From Desulfomonilia bacterium (GTDB lineage: Bacteria; Desulfobacterota; Desulfomonilia; UBA1062): DNA of 64,000 nucleotides. This document shows, in pieces, positions 30,208 to 39,784 of the stretch; position 1 is the stretch's first letter; each line of letters begins with the position of its first letter. The notes below the pieces were generated by a model. That model ran no database searches and was not told the DNA's origin. It worked only from the letters and a program-made list of their open reading frames with translations. The position numbers and the translations under genes are program-made. The DNA lies in NCBI GenBank assembly GCA_963664325.2, contig CAXXDQ010000003.1:864001-928000 (forward strand). The letters are read 5' to 3'.

Positions 30208-30987
30208 TTATTTCAGTTCTCTGGTTTTTGCTTTATTGAGGATCGCTGAAGATATTTCTTTAAAGTTTCGGGATATCATATACCTGTGAAGTTCATACGG
30301 ATCAGCATTCGAATTCAAAGGTAAATCAATCTGACCCCATACTATCGTGAAGGCATATTTGTAGCCGGCCTCCTTGAGCATTGTTTTCGCTGAGGCGTTT
30401 CTTACCCCGTTGGGAAATATAAAGACATCGACATTGAGTCCTAATTTCTCAAAAAGCATTTTTTTTGACTTGAAGATCTCATTTGTGAACGCCTTCTTGT
30501 CTGAAATGTAAAGCTTGTCATTCAGCGGAAGGTGGTAATAACCGTGAGATGCAATACCAAAACCTTCGTCATACAGCTTTTTAAGTTCTTCCCAGTTTAG
30601 TGCGTAATCCTTTTTGCCTATGATATTAGGATAGATGCCAAGCAGCGGTTTAATGCCCATCGGTTTGAAAACCTTCTCATCAGCCTCAAGAATGCTGTGG
30701 TTTCCATCATCAATTGTGATCAGAATATTTCTGTGGCCCTTTATAAGACCTTTTTCTATTTGCGATAACGTAACAAACTGAAAGCCGTTTTTTTTAAGGA
30801 AATTTAACTGATCCTTCAGTTCATTAGTGGAAACGTCCGTGGGGATTTTCTCTTTTCCCAGGAAAGAGTGGTAACATAAGGCGAAGACGCTCCCGTCAGT
30901 GGCATTCTGAGCCCTGCATACCCCGAGCTCCGCCAAGGACACAATAAGAAACGCTGTTAAAACAAAGACAGTCATCCGTTTTTTCAT
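30208..30987 (-). CDS. Secreted polysaccharide deacetylase (CE4/NodB-like)
   Basis: Signal peptide; LCYH, ITIDDG, SHGYYH, FIFPNG and GYKYAFT motifs. Confidence 0.85.
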   Translation of the reverse strand: MKKRMTVFVLTAFLIVSLAELGVCRAQNATDGSVFALCYHSFLGKEKIPTDVSTNELKDQLNFLKKNGFQFVTLSQIEKGLIKGHRNILITIDDGNHSILEADEKVFKPMGIKPLLGIYPNIIGKKDYALNWEELKKLYDEGFGIASHGYYHLPLNDKLYISDKKAFTNEIFKSKKMLFEKLGLNVDVFIFPNGVRNASAKTMLKEAGYKYAFTIVWGQIDLPLNSNADPYELHRYMISRNFKEISSAILNKAKTRELK

Positions 30988-31082
30988 AGAATTAATAAAT
31001 CATGGAATGATGATCCATGCAACCGGGATGATAATTATTATTTCAAAGTGTTCTGAATTACAGCTGTTCTCAAAAAACATGC

Positions 31083-31111
31083 TTGCATTATGAATCACGA
31101 TTCATTAGTAT
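31083..31111 (+). promoter_or_regulatory. Sigma-70-type promoter of the F0 operon with a palindrome in the spacer
   Basis: TTGCAT-N17-TAGTAT; the spacer contains the perfect inverted repeat ATGAATC-AC-GATTCAT (31090-31105). Confidence 0.55.
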
Positions 31112-31140
31112 TAGCGCTCATTATTGGGGAGCGGGCATTA

Positions 31141-31401
31141 ATGGGTAATCCAAAGAAAGATAAATCGATTCTTCAAATGGCAGACCTTGTAACAATGGGT
31201 ATGGCTATGGTGCTGTCCATTGTTTTAGGGCTTGTCGCAGGAATATATTTGGATAAATGGATGGGTACCGAGCCGATATTCACCCTTGTTTTCATATTCG
31301 GTGGAATTCTTGCCGGTTTCAGGATCATGTACAAGACTTATATGAAGTTTTTTGCCCAGGAAAATTCAAGGGAATCCGAAAATGATTCAGACAATGGCTA
31401 G
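31141..31401 (+). CDS. AtpZ/AtpI-family ATP synthase accessory protein
   Basis: G..AGIYLDKWMGT.P.FTL...GGILAGF motif; first gene of the F0 cluster. Confidence 0.85.
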   Translation: MGNPKKDKSILQMADLVTMGMAMVLSIVLGLVAGIYLDKWMGTEPIFTLVFIFGGILAGFRIMYKTYMKFFAQENSRESENDSDNG

Positions 31402-31768
31402 AGATCCTTCGATAAACAGTGTTGTATATCTTATAATAGCCATATGGATCGGGTTGTGCCTCATAAGCCTTCCTTTTGGCGGATGGGATTACGGGCTCGG
31501 GATATTTGTCGGAGGGGCGATAGTTTTCATAAATTTCAACTGGATGCATTCACAGGCTAAAGTGGCAGTTACAATGAGGGGAAGAAAAGCCAGCATCTAC
31601 ATGGTGCTGAAATATTTCTTCCGGCTTGCTGTAACGGCGGCGGTGATATACGCCCTGATAGTTCATACCAGGGTAAATATACCGGCGCTGCTTATTGGTA
31701 TATCAACAGTCGTGTTAAGCATTTTTGCTTATACATGCTTCTCGATAATATTCAACAGAGGGGAGTAG
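31382..31768 (+). CDS. atpI: ATP synthase subunit I
   Basis: Four-TM protein with KYFFRL...ALLIG directly upstream of atpB; exact start uncertain (31382 or 31394). Confidence 0.75.
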   Translation: MIQTMARDPSINSVVYLIIAIWIGLCLISLPFGGWDYGLGIFVGGAIVFINFNWMHSQAKVAVTMRGRKASIYMVLKYFFRLAVTAAVIYALIVHTRVNIPALLIGISTVVLSIFAYTCFSIIFNRGE

Positions 31769-31771
31769 TAT

Positions 31772-32515
31772 ATGGAACATGGTTTTTTATGGCTTAATTT
31801 TATCAGCGGTCCTTTAACCGAGTTTTTTAATAACCTTTTCGCGCCGTTTGTTGCCGCACATCCCGGATGGGCTCCCTTTTTCAAGGACAGCAATATGTAT
31901 AATCAGGTTGTTTACATGTGGCTTTACATGCTGTTTCTTATCGTGATAGGGTTCTTGGCGACCAGGGCGATCAAGATGGTTCCGGGAGTCCTTCAGAACT
32001 TCATGGAAGTTGTTGTTGAAGGGCTCAGGGGACTTCTGCTCGACAACATGGGTGAACATGGAATGAGGTTCTTCCCGCTTATTGCAACAATTGCAGTTTT
32101 TATTTTCACCGCGAACATGGCGGGTATCATCCCGGGGTTCTTCTCTCCGACAGCTAACATGAACACAAACGCTGCAATGGCCCTAGTTGTATTCTTGCTT
32201 ACACATGTAGTCGGAATAAGAATACATGGTTTTAAATATTTAAAACAATTCATGGGACCGGTCTGGTGGATGGCGCCTATTATGGTACCCATCGAGCTTA
32301 TCGGACATCTGGCGCGTCCCTTGTCCCTTACGATGCGTCTCTTCGGTAATATTGCGGGCGAAGACCTTGTCCTCGGCGTTCTCCTTTTACTTGTGCCGTA
32401 TGTAGTTCCGCTGCCATTCCTTGCGCTCATGATATTTACATCCGTACTCCAGTCATTCGTCTTCTCTCTCCTTGCAATGATGTACATAAGCGGGGCGATG
32501 GAGGAAGCGCATTAA
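31772..32515 (+). CDS. atpB: F0F1 ATP synthase subunit a
   Basis: PG.LQNFME, SPTAN, ARPLSLTMRLFGN and LQSFVF.LL.MMY motifs. Confidence 0.96.
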   Translation: MEHGFLWLNFISGPLTEFFNNLFAPFVAAHPGWAPFFKDSNMYNQVVYMWLYMLFLIVIGFLATRAIKMVPGVLQNFMEVVVEGLRGLLLDNMGEHGMRFFPLIATIAVFIFTANMAGIIPGFFSPTANMNTNAAMALVVFLLTHVVGIRIHGFKYLKQFMGPVWWMAPIMVPIELIGHLARPLSLTMRLFGNIAGEDLVLGVLLLLVPYVVPLPFLALMIFTSVLQSFVFSLLAMMYISGAMEEAH

Positions 32516-32560
32516 TTTTAAAAATACAATTTTGAAAAATATATCTGGGAGGAAAGGTTT

Positions 32561-32917
32561 ATGAAGAATGTTTTTCGTATTGCAGGGTTGGTTGGATTGT
32601 TTGTTATGGCCGGAACATCAGTGCTGATGGCTGCCGGAGGCGCAGCAAGCCCAGAAGCGATCAGCTTTTTAAGCTGGTGTGCAATGGCCGCAGGTATTGG
32701 TATAGGAATAGCTGCTGTAGGGACCGGTATCGGCCAGGGTTTTGGCGTACGCGGGGCATGCGAAGGCATTTCCAGGAATCCGGAAGCATCCGGCAAAATC
32801 ATCACGGCACTTATCCTTGGTCTGGCCATGATGGAATCCCTGGCTATTTATGCCCTTGTTGTCGAGCTTATTCTTCTCTATGCAAATCCGTTCATCAAGT
32901 ATGTAATTGCTGCCTAG
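32561..32917 (+). CDS. atpE: F0F1 ATP synthase subunit c with N-terminal hydrophobic extension
   Basis: GTGIGQG, RNPEA and [10 protein letters not shown] motifs. Confidence 0.95.
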   Translation: MKNVFRIAGLVGLFVMAGTSVLMAAGGAASPEAISFLSWCAMAAGIGIGIAAVGTGIGQGFGVRGACEGISRNPEASGKIITALILGLAMMESLAIYALVVELILLYANPFIKYVIAA

Positions 32918-32937
32918 AAAAAAGATTTAGAAATCAT

Positions 32938-32976
32938 AAGGTGTGCAGTCCCAAGGATTGCATGCCTTTTTATTTT
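32938..32976 (+). terminator. Intrinsic terminator after atpE
   Basis: AAGGTGTGCAGTCC-CAA-GGATTGCATGCCTT followed by TTTATTTT. Confidence 0.7.
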
Positions 32977-32978
32977 AA

Positions 32979-34421
32979 TCACCCTTTGATTATACCTGTC
33001 GGTTTAAGCCGTGCTATCTTGGTTGCGATACCGGCTCCTGAAATAGTATCCACAACCTTTGATACATCTTTATAGGCCTCGGGCATTTCCTCAACAACGG
33101 TGGCGCGTGATGCTGCCATTATGTGAATTCCCTTTATCCTCAGGTTGTCGATTACGTTTTTCTCTTTTGCCTGCCTTTTGGCTTCACTTCGTGACATGAG
33201 TCTGCCGGCGCCGTGGCATGCGCTGAAGAAAGTGTCTTTAGCTTTTCCTGAACCTACAAGTATATATGATTCCCTTCCCATATCACCGGGAACGAGTACG
33301 GGCTGGCCTGTTCTTATAAACCTTTCAGGGAGTCTTTTATCCCCTGACAGCAAAGCCCTGGTCGCCCCTTTCCTGTGTATGCATACCTCTGTTTCATGTC
33401 CTTCAGACTTTATTTTTTCAATTTTGGCTATGTTATGACAGCAGTCATAAAGCAGATTCATTCCAAGTTTTTCGAAGCTCTTAAAGAATATTTTTTCAAA
33501 ACATTCCCTTATAAGGAAGGTGATAATTTCGCGGTTTGCAAAAGCGAAGTTTGCCGCTGATGCCATTGCTTCAAGATATCTTTTTGCTTCTGAGGAGGCA
33601 AGATATGCACATGCAAGTTGCCTGTCGGGAAGGACTATACCTTCTTTTGCCGCCACAGCTATCATCTGGTGCACGTAATCATCGCATACCTGATGGCCTA
33701 GGCCCCTTGAGCCTGTATGCACCTGGACAACAACCTGATTTTCAAACAGGCCGAAAGTCCGGGCGATGTCCTTATCAAAGATTTCGTCAACGGTATCGAT
33801 TTCTATGAAATGGTTGCCTGAGCCTAAAGTGCCAAGTTCAGGAAGCCCTCTCTCTATAGCTTTTGTTGATACTGAATCAGGGTTTGCGCCGTCAATGCAG
33901 CCATAGTCTTCATGGCATTCAAGGTCTTCTTCAGGGGCGAACCCCTGCCTTGTAACCCAGGATGCACCCTGAACAAGTATCCGACTGAAATCCGGCTGGC
34001 TTATTTTGAATGATTTGTTTTTTGATCCCACACCTGACGGAACGGTGTTGAACAACGCGGCAATAAGGCGTTCAATAGCTGGTGAAACCTGGTCATATGT
34101 TAGGTTTGTTTTTAAGCAGCGTATCCCGCAGTTGATATCGTACCCTACTCCTCCGGGAGAGACGATCCCGTCTTTCCTGGAAAAGGCAGCTACCCCTCCA
34201 ATAGGAAAACCATATCCCCAGTGGATATCAGGCATTGCCATTGAGGGTCCCACAATTCCCGGAAGGCATGCGACATTTGCCACCTGGTTCAGGGCCTGGT
34301 CATTGAGCAGGTGATTTTCAATGTCGCTGTTCGCATATACTATCCCATGGGTAAGCATCTCTCCCTGCTTTTCAACTCTAAGCCGCCAGGGGTCGATGCG
34401 TGTAATTTTTATTTCTTTCAT
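32979..34421 (-). CDS. rtcB: RNA-splicing ligase RtcB
   Basis: MPDIHWGYGFPIGGV, GYDINCG, GSGNHF, HTGSRG, HRKGAT and HGAGR; ATG 34421 follows the archease stop. Confidence 0.95.
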   Translation of the reverse strand: MKEIKITRIDPWRLRVEKQGEMLTHGIVYANSDIENHLLNDQALNQVANVACLPGIVGPSMAMPDIHWGYGFPIGGVAAFSRKDGIVSPGGVGYDINCGIRCLKTNLTYDQVSPAIERLIAALFNTVPSGVGSKNKSFKISQPDFSRILVQGASWVTRQGFAPEEDLECHEDYGCIDGANPDSVSTKAIERGLPELGTLGSGNHFIEIDTVDEIFDKDIARTFGLFENQVVVQVHTGSRGLGHQVCDDYVHQMIAVAAKEGIVLPDRQLACAYLASSEAKRYLEAMASAANFAFANREIITFLIRECFEKIFFKSFEKLGMNLLYDCCHNIAKIEKIKSEGHETEVCIHRKGATRALLSGDKRLPERFIRTGQPVLVPGDMGRESYILVGSGKAKDTFFSACHGAGRLMSRSEAKRQAKEKNVIDNLRIKGIHIMAASRATVVEEMPEAYKDVSKVVDTISGAGIATKIARLKPTGIIKG

Positions 34422-34428
34422 AATGCGA

Positions 34429-34830
34429 TTATACATCAAAGATGATGGTTGTCTCGTATCCATTGTCCAGCTTGGTTATTGCCAGGTCGTGATAAGTGGC
34501 TGCCTTGATGTTTTCTTTGAGAGGCGTGCTGCCGGCCGTCCCCTTTACTGCTGCCCTGATATTGGTTTCATTAAGGCTCGTGATGTCAAGGCCTGACACA
34601 CGGAGGTTTTTTGTCTGAATTTCATAAAGCAGACCGTTTAGAAATACGACAAGCAGGTCTTCGTAATCATAACCGTTAACCTCAATTATGGAGGTATTAT
34701 CTTCAGATGGGGTACCTGCACCTAGCTCCGCTACCAAGGCCTGCGCCGCCTCGAGGAAAAGGTCTTTCATATCTGCACCGGTTATCCTGATGCCGATATC
34801 AGCGGTATGGTCTATCAATGTATAGGGCAT
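34429..34830 (-). CDS. Archease
   Basis: DHTAD N-terminus, IKAATYH, C-terminal FDV; directly upstream of rtcB. Confidence 0.93.
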   Translation of the reverse strand: MPYTLIDHTADIGIRITGADMKDLFLEAAQALVAELGAGTPSEDNTSIIEVNGYDYEDLLVVFLNGLLYEIQTKNLRVSGLDITSLNETNIRAAVKGTAGSTPLKENIKAATYHDLAITKLDNGYETTIIFDV

Positions 34831-34862
34831 ACAAGATTAATCGACATTCTTTCTTTTAAGTA

Positions 34863-35444
34863 TTAAAGGCCTTTCAGGATAACCTTCAATTCCTCAAGCG
34901 CTTTCCTTCTGTGGCTGATTTTATTTTTTTCCTCCTGGGAAAGCTCTGCAAACGTCAGCCGGGATTCCGGGTCGAGAAATACGGGGTCATAGCCGAAACC
35001 GCCTGTTCCCACAGGGCAGGCAGTGATAACGCCGGGGCACTCCCCGCCGGCGGTTACAATGTGTCCGTCAGTCAGGGCAAGCGCAAGTACGCAGACGAAT
35101 TTTGCCCTCCTGTCCTTTTTCCCTTCCATAAGCCTCAGCAGCTTCAGGATGTTTTTTTCATCGGTCGCATCAGCACCCGAGAACCGGGCCGAGATTACGC
35201 CGGGCATCCCGCCAAGCGCATCGACACAGAGACCTGAATCGTCTGCCAGGACGTTCATCCCTGAGGCGTTTCTTAATGCCACAGCCTTCTTTATAGCGTT
35301 TTCTTCAAAGGTGTGCCCGTCTTCCAGGACATTTATTATTATTCCAGTTTCGTCAGGGGAAATGATTATCAGGTCTTCATCTTCGAGGATTTCACGAATC
35401 TCTCTCAGCTTGCCTTTGTTCCCGGTTGCCGCAAGTATTTTCAT
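34863..35444 (-). CDS. rdgB: dITP/XTP pyrophosphatase (RdgB/HAM1)
   Basis: ATGNKGK, ADDSGL, GFGYDPVF and KNKISHR motifs. Confidence 0.95.
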   Translation of the reverse strand: MKILAATGNKGKLREIREILEDEDLIIISPDETGIIINVLEDGHTFEENAIKKAVALRNASGMNVLADDSGLCVDALGGMPGVISARFSGADATDEKNILKLLRLMEGKKDRRAKFVCVLALALTDGHIVTAGGECPGVITACPVGTGGFGYDPVFLDPESRLTFAELSQEEKNKISHRRKALEELKVILKGL

Positions 35445-35454
35445 TTTATCAGGT

Positions 35455-36228
35455 TCATCCCCTTAATGCGGCGACCTGCTTTTCCATAAGTTCGCGTATG
35501 CCTTTTTCAGCAAGATCGAGCATTTCAAGAAGCTCCTTTCTCGAAAAGGGCTGGCCTTCAGCCGTACCCTGGACTTCTATCAGGCTGCCTTTGCCGGTCA
35601 TGATTACATTCATATCGACTTCCGCTTTTGAATCCTCGTTATAATTAAGGTCGAGCACAGGCATTTCTTCTACGATTCCGACCGATATTGCTGCCACCTG
35701 GTCAATCATGGGATTGCGGGATATCAGACCCTGTCTGATCATTGCCCTGACTGCGTCATCAAGGGCCACCCATGCGCCGGTGATTGAGGCCGTCCTTGTC
35801 CCGCCGTCCGCCTGCAGGACGTCACAGTCTATCCAGATGGTCTTTTCTCCAAGCAGCCTTGTGTCGATGGCAGCCCTCAAGGCCCTTCCTATAAGCCTCT
35901 GAATTTCATGAGTCCTTCCGCCTACTTTTCCACGTGAGGATTCCCTTGTGCTCCTGGGGTTCGTTGAGGAGGGCAGCATCCCATACTCGGCTGTAACCCA
36001 TCCGGTTCCTGTATTTTTTATATGCGGTGGGACTTTTTCTTCCATATTTGCGGCGCAGATCACCCTGGTATCACCCATTTCTATAAGGCAGGAACCAAGG
36101 GCATGCTTGCTGACTCCTCTGGTAATATTTACTTCCCTTATCTGGTCCGGCTCCCTGCCGTCATATCTTTTTGAGACCTTTGGAGCTGTTACGCCTTTGT
36201 TCTTCAGGATTTCTTCTATGGACGCCAT
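35455..36228 (-). CDS. rph: Ribonuclease PH
   Basis: [32 protein letters not shown] and EVQGTAE motifs. Confidence 0.97.
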   Translation of the reverse strand: MASIEEILKNKGVTAPKVSKRYDGREPDQIREVNITRGVSKHALGSCLIEMGDTRVICAANMEEKVPPHIKNTGTGWVTAEYGMLPSSTNPRSTRESSRGKVGGRTHEIQRLIGRALRAAIDTRLLGEKTIWIDCDVLQADGGTRTASITGAWVALDDAVRAMIRQGLISRNPMIDQVAAISVGIVEEMPVLDLNYNEDSKAEVDMNVIMTGKGSLIEVQGTAEGQPFSRKELLEMLDLAEKGIRELMEKQVAALRG

Positions 36229-36347
36229 ATGCTACCCCTTTATTTGGTCTTAAGGTCATACTGTAAAGAAGAGTTGCATGTCAACGGCCAGATAGCTGCT
36301 TGACACATATGGGGTGCGCATGTAAACCCTTTATTCTGGAGGTTCGA

Positions 36348-37874
36348 TTGAGATTTTTAAAATATCTTTTATCCTTCATATTTATCCTTGTACTTTCAAC
36401 AATAGCGTTTTCTCCATTTCTTATCTTGAATACCGCCCAGCCGGATGAGGCATGGCTTGTCAATGCTGCAAGGGAAATGAGCCGGAGTTTCAGCATGATA
36501 CCAAGGCTTGACGGCTTTATACTGGGGAATCAGAATCCTCTGGTGATCATGCTCTATTCGCTGACCGGCGGCGATTTGCATGTTTCCAGGCTGGCTACGA
36601 TTTCACTCGGTATCATTATGGGGATTTCCGTCATGATATTTGCCGGAAGCATGCGGGGTTTAAAAGCGGGTCTGATCTCATCGGTATTTACCGTTACAAG
36701 CATAGGTATAATCACTTTATTCGGAAAAACCAACCCATCGGCCTTGCCCGTCCTGATGTGTGCCGTATCTTTCATGATTTTTTCAGCCGTCTATATGAAG
36801 AATCTCAGTAAAGCTATATACATCCCTGCTTATATACTCGCGGTTGTTTCTGTAATAACAGGCGGCCCCGTTTATCTGTTTTTCTTCCTGATGTCAGGGG
36901 TCCTGCTGGTCCTTCTTGACCTTTCGCCCAAAGAGCTTCTGAAGGTAAAACCCGTGGCTGCAGCCTTCCTTCTGGCAGGCGGTTTGACGGCTGTCTATAT
37001 TGTTTTCTGGATAACTGGCGGAAGGGTTTACATGAGGGGCGCAATTTCCCAGGGAAAGGACATGGGGTTTTTTATTTCGCTCTGGCTGGTTTTTAAAAAC
37101 GGCCTTCCCTGGATACCGCTTCTTGTTCCCGCCTGGATATATTCCGCCAGGCCGGCTGAATTCATTAAATGGAGAGAACTTCTGCCGGCAAAGATTGCAT
37201 TTGTCTCATGTCTGGCAATACTCTGGCTTTCGGGCAAATGTCCTGAGAGCTTTTCGGTGCTTGCTGTACCTTTTGCAGCGACAATGATCGCATGCTGGGT
37301 AACAGACGGCAGAAATGCCTTTGAAAAAGCCGGTAAAACCTGGCTTGCCGCTGCCGTTGTCCTTGTGATGTCAGTCTTCCTGATTCCTGTTGTGTATATT
37401 CTCAAATTTCCTTTCAAATCGCTTCACCCAGGCATCCTTGATGCGGTGGTGATTTTATGCCTTATAATCTGCTGTACGGCCGCTTTTGTTGCTGTGCTGA
37501 AAAAAAGGGTCAATGCCGTCGTCATATTCATGGTTCTTGCCGTACTGGGTATGTCATGGCTCAGGCCGTTCTACGAAATGAAGCTGAACGATCCGACAGG
37601 TGTTCTATCTTACTGTTCATATCAGAAACCGCTCGTGGTCTTTGATGATGACCTAGTCATGAGGGGCAGTCTCGCTTTTGCACACCCCGTTGTGGTTGGA
37701 AGATGTTTTGTTCCTGTCGGCGGAGAGGCTTATATAGCTGCGTCAACCGAAAACACCAAAAAACTCATTCAGGATATCAGTAAAAATATGTCAGCGGAAC
37801 TCAGGGCGAGGCAGATACTGGACAGGGATTACCTGCTCATAAGGGTCTGGCCGAAAGGTTTCATTTCGAACTGA
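36348..37874 (+). CDS. ArnT-like GT-C membrane glycosyltransferase (divergent)
   Basis: GGAGG then TTG 36348; PDEA...AAREM...IPRLDG N-terminal motif; LPW..L..P; about 12 TM helices. Confidence 0.7.
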   Translation: MRFLKYLLSFIFILVLSTIAFSPFLILNTAQPDEAWLVNAAREMSRSFSMIPRLDGFILGNQNPLVIMLYSLTGGDLHVSRLATISLGIIMGISVMIFAGSMRGLKAGLISSVFTVTSIGIITLFGKTNPSALPVLMCAVSFMIFSAVYMKNLSKAIYIPAYILAVVSVITGGPVYLFFFLMSGVLLVLLDLSPKELLKVKPVAAAFLLAGGLTAVYIVFWITGGRVYMRGAISQGKDMGFFISLWLVFKNGLPWIPLLVPAWIYSARPAEFIKWRELLPAKIAFVSCLAILWLSGKCPESFSVLAVPFAATMIACWVTDGRNAFEKAGKTWLAAAVVLVMSVFLIPVVYILKFPFKSLHPGILDAVVILCLIICCTAAFVAVLKKRVNAVVIFMVLAVLGMSWLRPFYEMKLNDPTGVLSYCSYQKPLVVFDDDLVMRGSLAFAHPVVVGRCFVPVGGEAYIAASTENTKKLIQDISKNMSAELRARQILDRDYLLIRVWPKGFISN

Positions 37875-39732
37875 GCCTGTTCAACCTTGATCTGATTTCA
37901 GCTATAGCCCCGGTATCTTTAAGCATTGTCAAAAGAGAGGTGTACGCATCGGCAGCTATATCTTTTCTGCCCATGCTTGTTGCGGTTTCAGCAATAGGTA
38001 TGAGGAATTCCGGATGCCCGCTGGAATAAGCGTATGCCTTTTCCAGCAATTTATCCGATCTGGCCCTGTTGCCTAGCTTGTATGATGCAAAGGCAAGCCT
38101 GGCAGACACAATCCCGGCATGGGGGGAATTTTCAAGACTGAAACCGGATCTGATAAGGTCAAGGTATATATTGTATGAAGTATTCCAGTCGCCTTTTTGC
38201 CAGAAGCAGTTGGCGAGCCCGATTTTAGCTTTATCCATATCAGGCCTGAGCTTGAGGGCCTCTTCGTAGTTGTGGATCGCGTTGTCGTACTGACCCATAA
38301 GCATCTGCGCAAGCGCCAGGTTGGAGATGGCAAAATAGTCGTAAGGCAGCTCCTTGATTGCGTTGACACAAAGCTGCTGGGCTTCTTTATATCTGCCCTG
38401 TTCGATGTATACTACCGAAAGGTTCACGTTTGCAGAGTTTGAGTTCGGAAATCTGGCAACGGTGTTCTCCCATAGAATCTGCGAATTCCGCCATATAAAG
38501 GTCTGCCTGTAGGTCATCAGGGAGTATGCAAAGACAATCATGCATAACAGGCTGAAGGCGACAAGCGCAGGCAGGTTTGGTGGCAATTTTTTAAGGTTCA
38601 GGCGCTTCTGCCATAATGAGGTAAGGACATATCCCAGGAGTACGCACCAGCTAAGAGAGGACAGGAATGCATACCTGTCGGCAAGGGTCTGTGAAATCGG
38701 GAATATGTGCGATACCGGCAGGACAAAGATATAATGCCATGCCACGAAAATCGGTAGAATATACCTGCGTTTCAGGAGAAAAACGACTGCGGTTGCTATC
38801 AGGGCCAGATTACCTGACATGAACATCCATGCCTGCCAGTCCCTGACTGATGTGTAGAGTTTTATGGGGTAATCGGCGACATAATTGAGGGTAAAGGCAG
38901 AGAGTTTTATATACTCTATAAGAATCTGGGATACCGCCAGGAGGTTTCCCCAGAATGTTCCGCCGTGATATGGTTTTACGCCACCCGCCGAGTACATCAT
39001 TTTTACAAGCCAGAAGGAAAAGGGCAGGACAAACAGGAGTGCGCAGGCGAAGAACAGGGCACGTCTTTTCCAGAATCCCCTTTCAGGGTTGTGCATCTGA
39101 ATGGCAATATCGACCGTGAGCATCGCAGCTGGGATGACAAGAGCCGTGGGTTTGGAAAAGACCGCCAGAACAAGGGCTAATGCACTTGCAATGAAATACC
39201 CCGGATGTCCTGTCCTTGCCCTGACAAACGCCCACATGCTGAGCATGGTGAACAATCCAAGCAGTTGTTCTTTTCTGGCATAGATCCATGCAACAGATTC
39301 GACATGGACCGGGTGCACCGCAAATATCATCGTTGATACGGCAGAAATGATAAAGGCCGTTTCTTCACCCTTTCCCAGGGCTGAAAACAGTTCATACAAA
39401 AACATGAAAACGGCAAGCGTAAGAAAGAAATAAAGCAGTATGCTGTGGATATGAATTGCCAGTACAGGGTTCTTGGGGAGCAGTGTGTGATCGATTACAT
39501 ATGAAAAATCGCGAACCGGCTGCCATGTTCCGCTTCCTGTAAGGGTAAATATCCTGCTGATGTTGTCCATGGTTAAGGAATAATTCTGGGGGTTTTGAAT
39601 CAGGTACGGATCATCCCAGTTTGTGGGCCGGTTAAAAATAATATTGAAATAGAGTCCGTAAACAAGAACGCCAAGCACAGCAATAAAAACAATTCTTTTC
39701 AGCCGTATTTCCATTCCGTTAAGCTTTACCAT
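37861..39732 (-). CDS. TMTC-like GT-C glycosyltransferase with C-terminal TPR repeats
   Basis: NWDD, WQPV, AVHPVHVESVAW...RK, SKP, ADRY and W.NS..LW, then TPR repeats; start uncertain (39732 or 39714). Confidence 0.85.
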   Translation of the reverse strand: MVKLNGMEIRLKRIVFIAVLGVLVYGLYFNIIFNRPTNWDDPYLIQNPQNYSLTMDNISRIFTLTGSGTWQPVRDFSYVIDHTLLPKNPVLAIHIHSILLYFFLTLAVFMFLYELFSALGKGEETAFIISAVSTMIFAVHPVHVESVAWIYARKEQLLGLFTMLSMWAFVRARTGHPGYFIASALALVLAVFSKPTALVIPAAMLTVDIAIQMHNPERGFWKRRALFFACALLFVLPFSFWLVKMMYSAGGVKPYHGGTFWGNLLAVSQILIEYIKLSAFTLNYVADYPIKLYTSVRDWQAWMFMSGNLALIATAVVFLLKRRYILPIFVAWHYIFVLPVSHIFPISQTLADRYAFLSSLSWCVLLGYVLTSLWQKRLNLKKLPPNLPALVAFSLLCMIVFAYSLMTYRQTFIWRNSQILWENTVARFPNSNSANVNLSVVYIEQGRYKEAQQLCVNAIKELPYDYFAISNLALAQMLMGQYDNAIHNYEEALKLRPDMDKAKIGLANCFWQKGDWNTSYNIYLDLIRSGFSLENSPHAGIVSARLAFASYKLGNRARSDKLLEKAYAYSSGHPEFLIPIAETATSMGRKDIAADAYTSLLTMLKDTGAIAEIRSRLNRLSSK

Positions 39733-39784
39733 GCTGTACAGCCGTCTACAACCCTGATATACTTTGCAGGTATTTGGAGGCGAC

